64,000 nucleotides of DNA, taken from NCBI GenBank assembly GCA_963703705.1, contig CAVPFK010000024.1, positions 144,338-208,337 of the forward strand. Direction: 5' to 3'. The translations under genes were made by a program, and so were the position numbers. Origin of the DNA: an uncultured Acidobacteriota bacterium. GTDB lineage: Bacteria > Acidobacteriota > Terriglobia > Acidiferrales > UBA7541. The notes under the pieces were generated by a model. That model did not search any database. It saw nothing but the letters and a program-made list of their open reading frames with translations, and was not told the origin of the DNA. Positions 61,961 through 64,000 of this stretch are shown in pieces; position 1 is the stretch's first letter, and each line of letters begins with the position of its first letter.

Positions 61961-62764
61961 ATGCCAGAGCCGCGACTGGACGTCGAGGGAAAGCGGCAGG
62001 TGAAGTATCTCATGGACGAGCGCGACGTTCGGAAATTTCTGAGTGAAGTGCGCAGCGGAAAACTTACGCTGGAAGCGGCGGTCGAGCGGCTGCGCGGGCT
62101 GCCCTACGAAGACCTGGGCTTTGCGAAGATCGATCACCATCGCACATTGCGCCAAGGCTACCCCGAAGTAATCTTCGGCAAAGGGAAGACTCCCGAACAG
62201 GTGAGCGAGATTGCGAGAGGAATGCTGCGCGCGAAGGCGTCGCACAACATTTTGATTACGCGCGCGGACGCAAAGACATTTGCCGGCGTGAGGAAAATAG
62301 CGCGGGCGGCAAAATTTCACCCGCTTTCCGGGGCGATTACGATTCAGCGAACGCGCGTGGCGCACGGGAAAGGACTGATCTTAGTGGTTACGGCGGGTAC
62401 GAGCGATATCCCGGTGGCGGAAGAAGCGCTGATTACGGCGGAGACCATGGGGAATCGCGTGGAAGCGGTGTATGACGTTGGCGTCGCAGGGCTGCATAGG
62501 CTGCTCGAGCATCGCGGGAAGCTGGCAGAGGCGCGTGTGATCGTCTGCGCGGCAGGGATGGAAGGTGCGTTGCCGAGCGTGGTCGGTGGACTGGTCGCTG
62601 TGCCAGTGATTGCGGTGCCGACCAGCACCGGGTACGGATCTAGCTTCGGAGGACTGACCGCCCTCCTCGGCATGCTGAACAGTTGCGCCTCGAATGTGAG
62701 CGTCGTCAATATTGACAACGGATTCGGGGCGGGTTGCGTGGCGAGCGTGATCAACCGGCTGTAG
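61961..62764 (+). CDS. larB: LarB-like (AIR-carboxylase-related) nickel-pincer cofactor biosynthesis protein
   Basis: The sequence reads [24 protein letters not shown] and [15 protein letters not shown]...[29 protein letters not shown]...[20 protein letters not shown]. The start may instead be ATG at 62012. Confidence 0.75.
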   Translation: MPEPRLDVEGKRQVKYLMDERDVRKFLSEVRSGKLTLEAAVERLRGLPYEDLGFAKIDHHRTLRQGYPEVIFGKGKTPEQVSEIARGMLRAKASHNILITRADAKTFAGVRKIARAAKFHPLSGAITIQRTRVAHGKGLILVVTAGTSDIPVAEEALITAETMGNRVEAVYDVGVAGLHRLLEHRGKLAEARVIVCAAGMEGALPSVVGGLVAVPVIAVPTSTGYGSSFGGLTALLGMLNSCASNVSVVNIDNGFGAGCVASVINRL

Positions 62765-62845
62765 AGGCGGTGCGGGAGACGCGATAGCGGACCTTCAGCG
62801 GCTGAAGCCGCATCGAGCGCTCCGATCAAGGAACCGTGATGCTGC

Positions 62846-64000
62846 TTAGCAGAGCGCGGAAGCCAGCGCTCTCGTGAGTTCCGACTCTTGGGCGGGCATT
62901 ACCGTGCGGAGATCCAGAATCAGGCGATGGTCTTCGATGCGTGCGATTACCGGCGTGGCATTGCCCGGCCTGCGCAATCGCGCTTCGAGCTGCCCGGCCG
63001 AATGGCGCGTGCTAGCGATTGTGATTAGGTTGGTCGGAATCTGCTGGTCCGGCGTGGAACCGCCGCCGATCACGGAAAATCCTGCGATGATCCGGAGCGT
63101 CACCTCATTTGCTATCAAGGGCTGCAATTGCGCGACGAATTTTCGCGCGCGCTCAGCGATTGCGCCAGCCTCGAGCCGAATCATTCGAAGCGCGGGAATC
63201 TCGTCGACCGCACCGCGCAGGTAGGTTCGCAGAGTGATTTCGAGCGCGGCGATTGTGAGTTTGTCCACGCGAAGCGCACGAAAAAGCGGATTGCGCCGGA
63301 TGCGTTCGATGATTTCTTTTTTGCCGGCGATGATTCCGGCTTGCGGGCCTCCCAGCAATTTATCTCCACTGAATGAAACGGCCGAGGGGCCGGCGGCACA
63401 ACTGGTCGCCGTGACGGGTTCGCAAACTCCGTTCGCCGAAAGATCGGCGAGGCAGCCCGAGCCCAGGTCTTCGAACACCGGAATCTGCGAGCGGTTCCCG
63501 AGCGCGATCAATTCTTCCAGCGAAGGACGCTCGGTGAATCCGGTCATGCTGAAATTCGACGGATGGACGCGAAGGAGCAGGCGAGTGCGGTCGGTGATAG
63601 CGCGCTCGTAATCGCCGATGCCGGTGCGATTCGTGGTTCCCACTTCGCGCACGATTGCGCCGCTTTCGGCCATGATGTCCGGAATGCGGAAGCCGTCGCC
63701 GATTTCGATCAACTCGCCGCGCGAGACGATTGTTTCGGCGCCTTTGGAAAGAGTGTTCAGCGCCAGGAATACCGCCGCGGCATTGTTGTTAACGATGATG
63801 GCCGCTTCGGCACTTACCAAATGAGCGAGCATTCGTGAGGTATGAACGTCTCGCCGGCCGCGCTCGCCGGTTTCGAGGTCATATTCGAGGTTGGAGTAAC
63901 TGACGGCGACTTGCGCTATGCGTGCAGCTGCTTCGGTCGAAAGCGGTGCGCGACCCAGGTTTGTGTGCAGGATCACGCCGGTAGCGTTAATTACCTGGCG
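62846..64000 (-). CDS. selA: L-seryl-tRNA(Sec) selenium transferase, C-terminal ~385 aa (5' end outside window)
   Basis: The frame is open to the window edge. It reads VINATGVILHTNLGRAPL...NNNAAAVFLALN...VSRGELIEIGDGFRIPDIM...VGTTNRT...HPSNF...SFSGDKLLGGPQAGII, with the PLP-Lys in the SGDKLLGGPQ context. Confidence 0.85.
   Translation of the reverse strand, partial: RQVINATGVILHTNLGRAPLSTEAAARIAQVAVSYSNLEYDLETGERGRRDVHTSRMLAHLVSAEAAIIVNNNAAAVFLALNTLSKGAETIVSRGELIEIGDGFRIPDIMAESGAIVREVGTTNRTGIGDYERAITDRTRLLLRVHPSNFSMTGFTERPSLEELIALGNRSQIPVFEDLGSGCLADLSANGVCEPVTATSCAAGPSAVSFSGDKLLGGPQAGIIAGKKEIIERIRRNPLFRALRVDKLTIAALEITLRTYLRGAVDEIPALRMIRLEAGAIAERARKFVAQLQPLIANEVTLRIIAGFSVIGGGSTPDQQIPTNLITIASTRHSAGQLEARLRRPGNATPVIARIEDHRLILDLRTVMPAQESELTRALASALC

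Noticed and set aside
62765-62845. I looked for tRNA-Sec (selC) in the 81-bp gap between larB and selA, prompted by a CTTCAG-CGG-CTGAAG hairpin containing UCA.
   Set aside because: The gap is shorter than a tRNA-Sec (about 95 nt). No acceptor or T-arm pairing can be drawn. The palindrome (62793-62807) is more simply a hairpin between convergent genes, and it lacks a U-tract, so it is not listed as a terminator.

Overview
A GC-rich chromosomal segment that is densely coding, with about 55 protein genes and no rRNA, tRNA or CRISPR that I could recognise. The gene content suggests Acidobacteriota, but this is inference only: many signal-peptide proteases, a Hanks kinase fused to STAND and TPR modules, futalosine-pathway menaquinone genes, ECF sigma modules. 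Most genes are housekeeping: gatB (3' end), panB/panC, topA, xerC, rnhA, rhlE-like helicase, ubiX, mqnA/C/E plus a UbiA prenyltransferase, and selA (partial, at the right edge). Items worth a second look, in rough order:

1. A Bcp/PrxQ peroxiredoxin has an in-frame TGA exactly at the peroxidatic-Cys codon. A hairpin lies just downstream and selA is in the same window, so this is probably a selenoprotein and not a pseudogene.
2. dprA, directly upstream of an intact topA, is heavily frameshifted.
3. One 1128-aa membrane protein fuses GH18-like, CE4 deacetylase and processive GT2 synthase modules, with a divergent GT-C glycosyltransferase next to it.
4. A secreted protein carries 16 perfect-period 24-bp tandem repeats (TTTAGGAK/SH) and a Gly/Tyr/Trp-rich block.
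5. A MOSC-domain gene is wedged inside an mqnA-mqnC operon.
6. A single-ORF DDE insertion sequence with duplicated subterminal repeats and a candidate 6-bp target duplication splits a divergent promoter region.
7. Domain oddities: a CDF transporter with three tandem cytoplasmic domains, an RNase HI with an AF2212/DUF104-like tail, a Tat-signal FAH-family enzyme, and a 4-OT tautomerase that needs a CTG start.

I did not find a convincing multi-gene system of unknown function. All coordinates, alignments and folds were worked out by eye from the sequence and the ORF track. No database searches were run.
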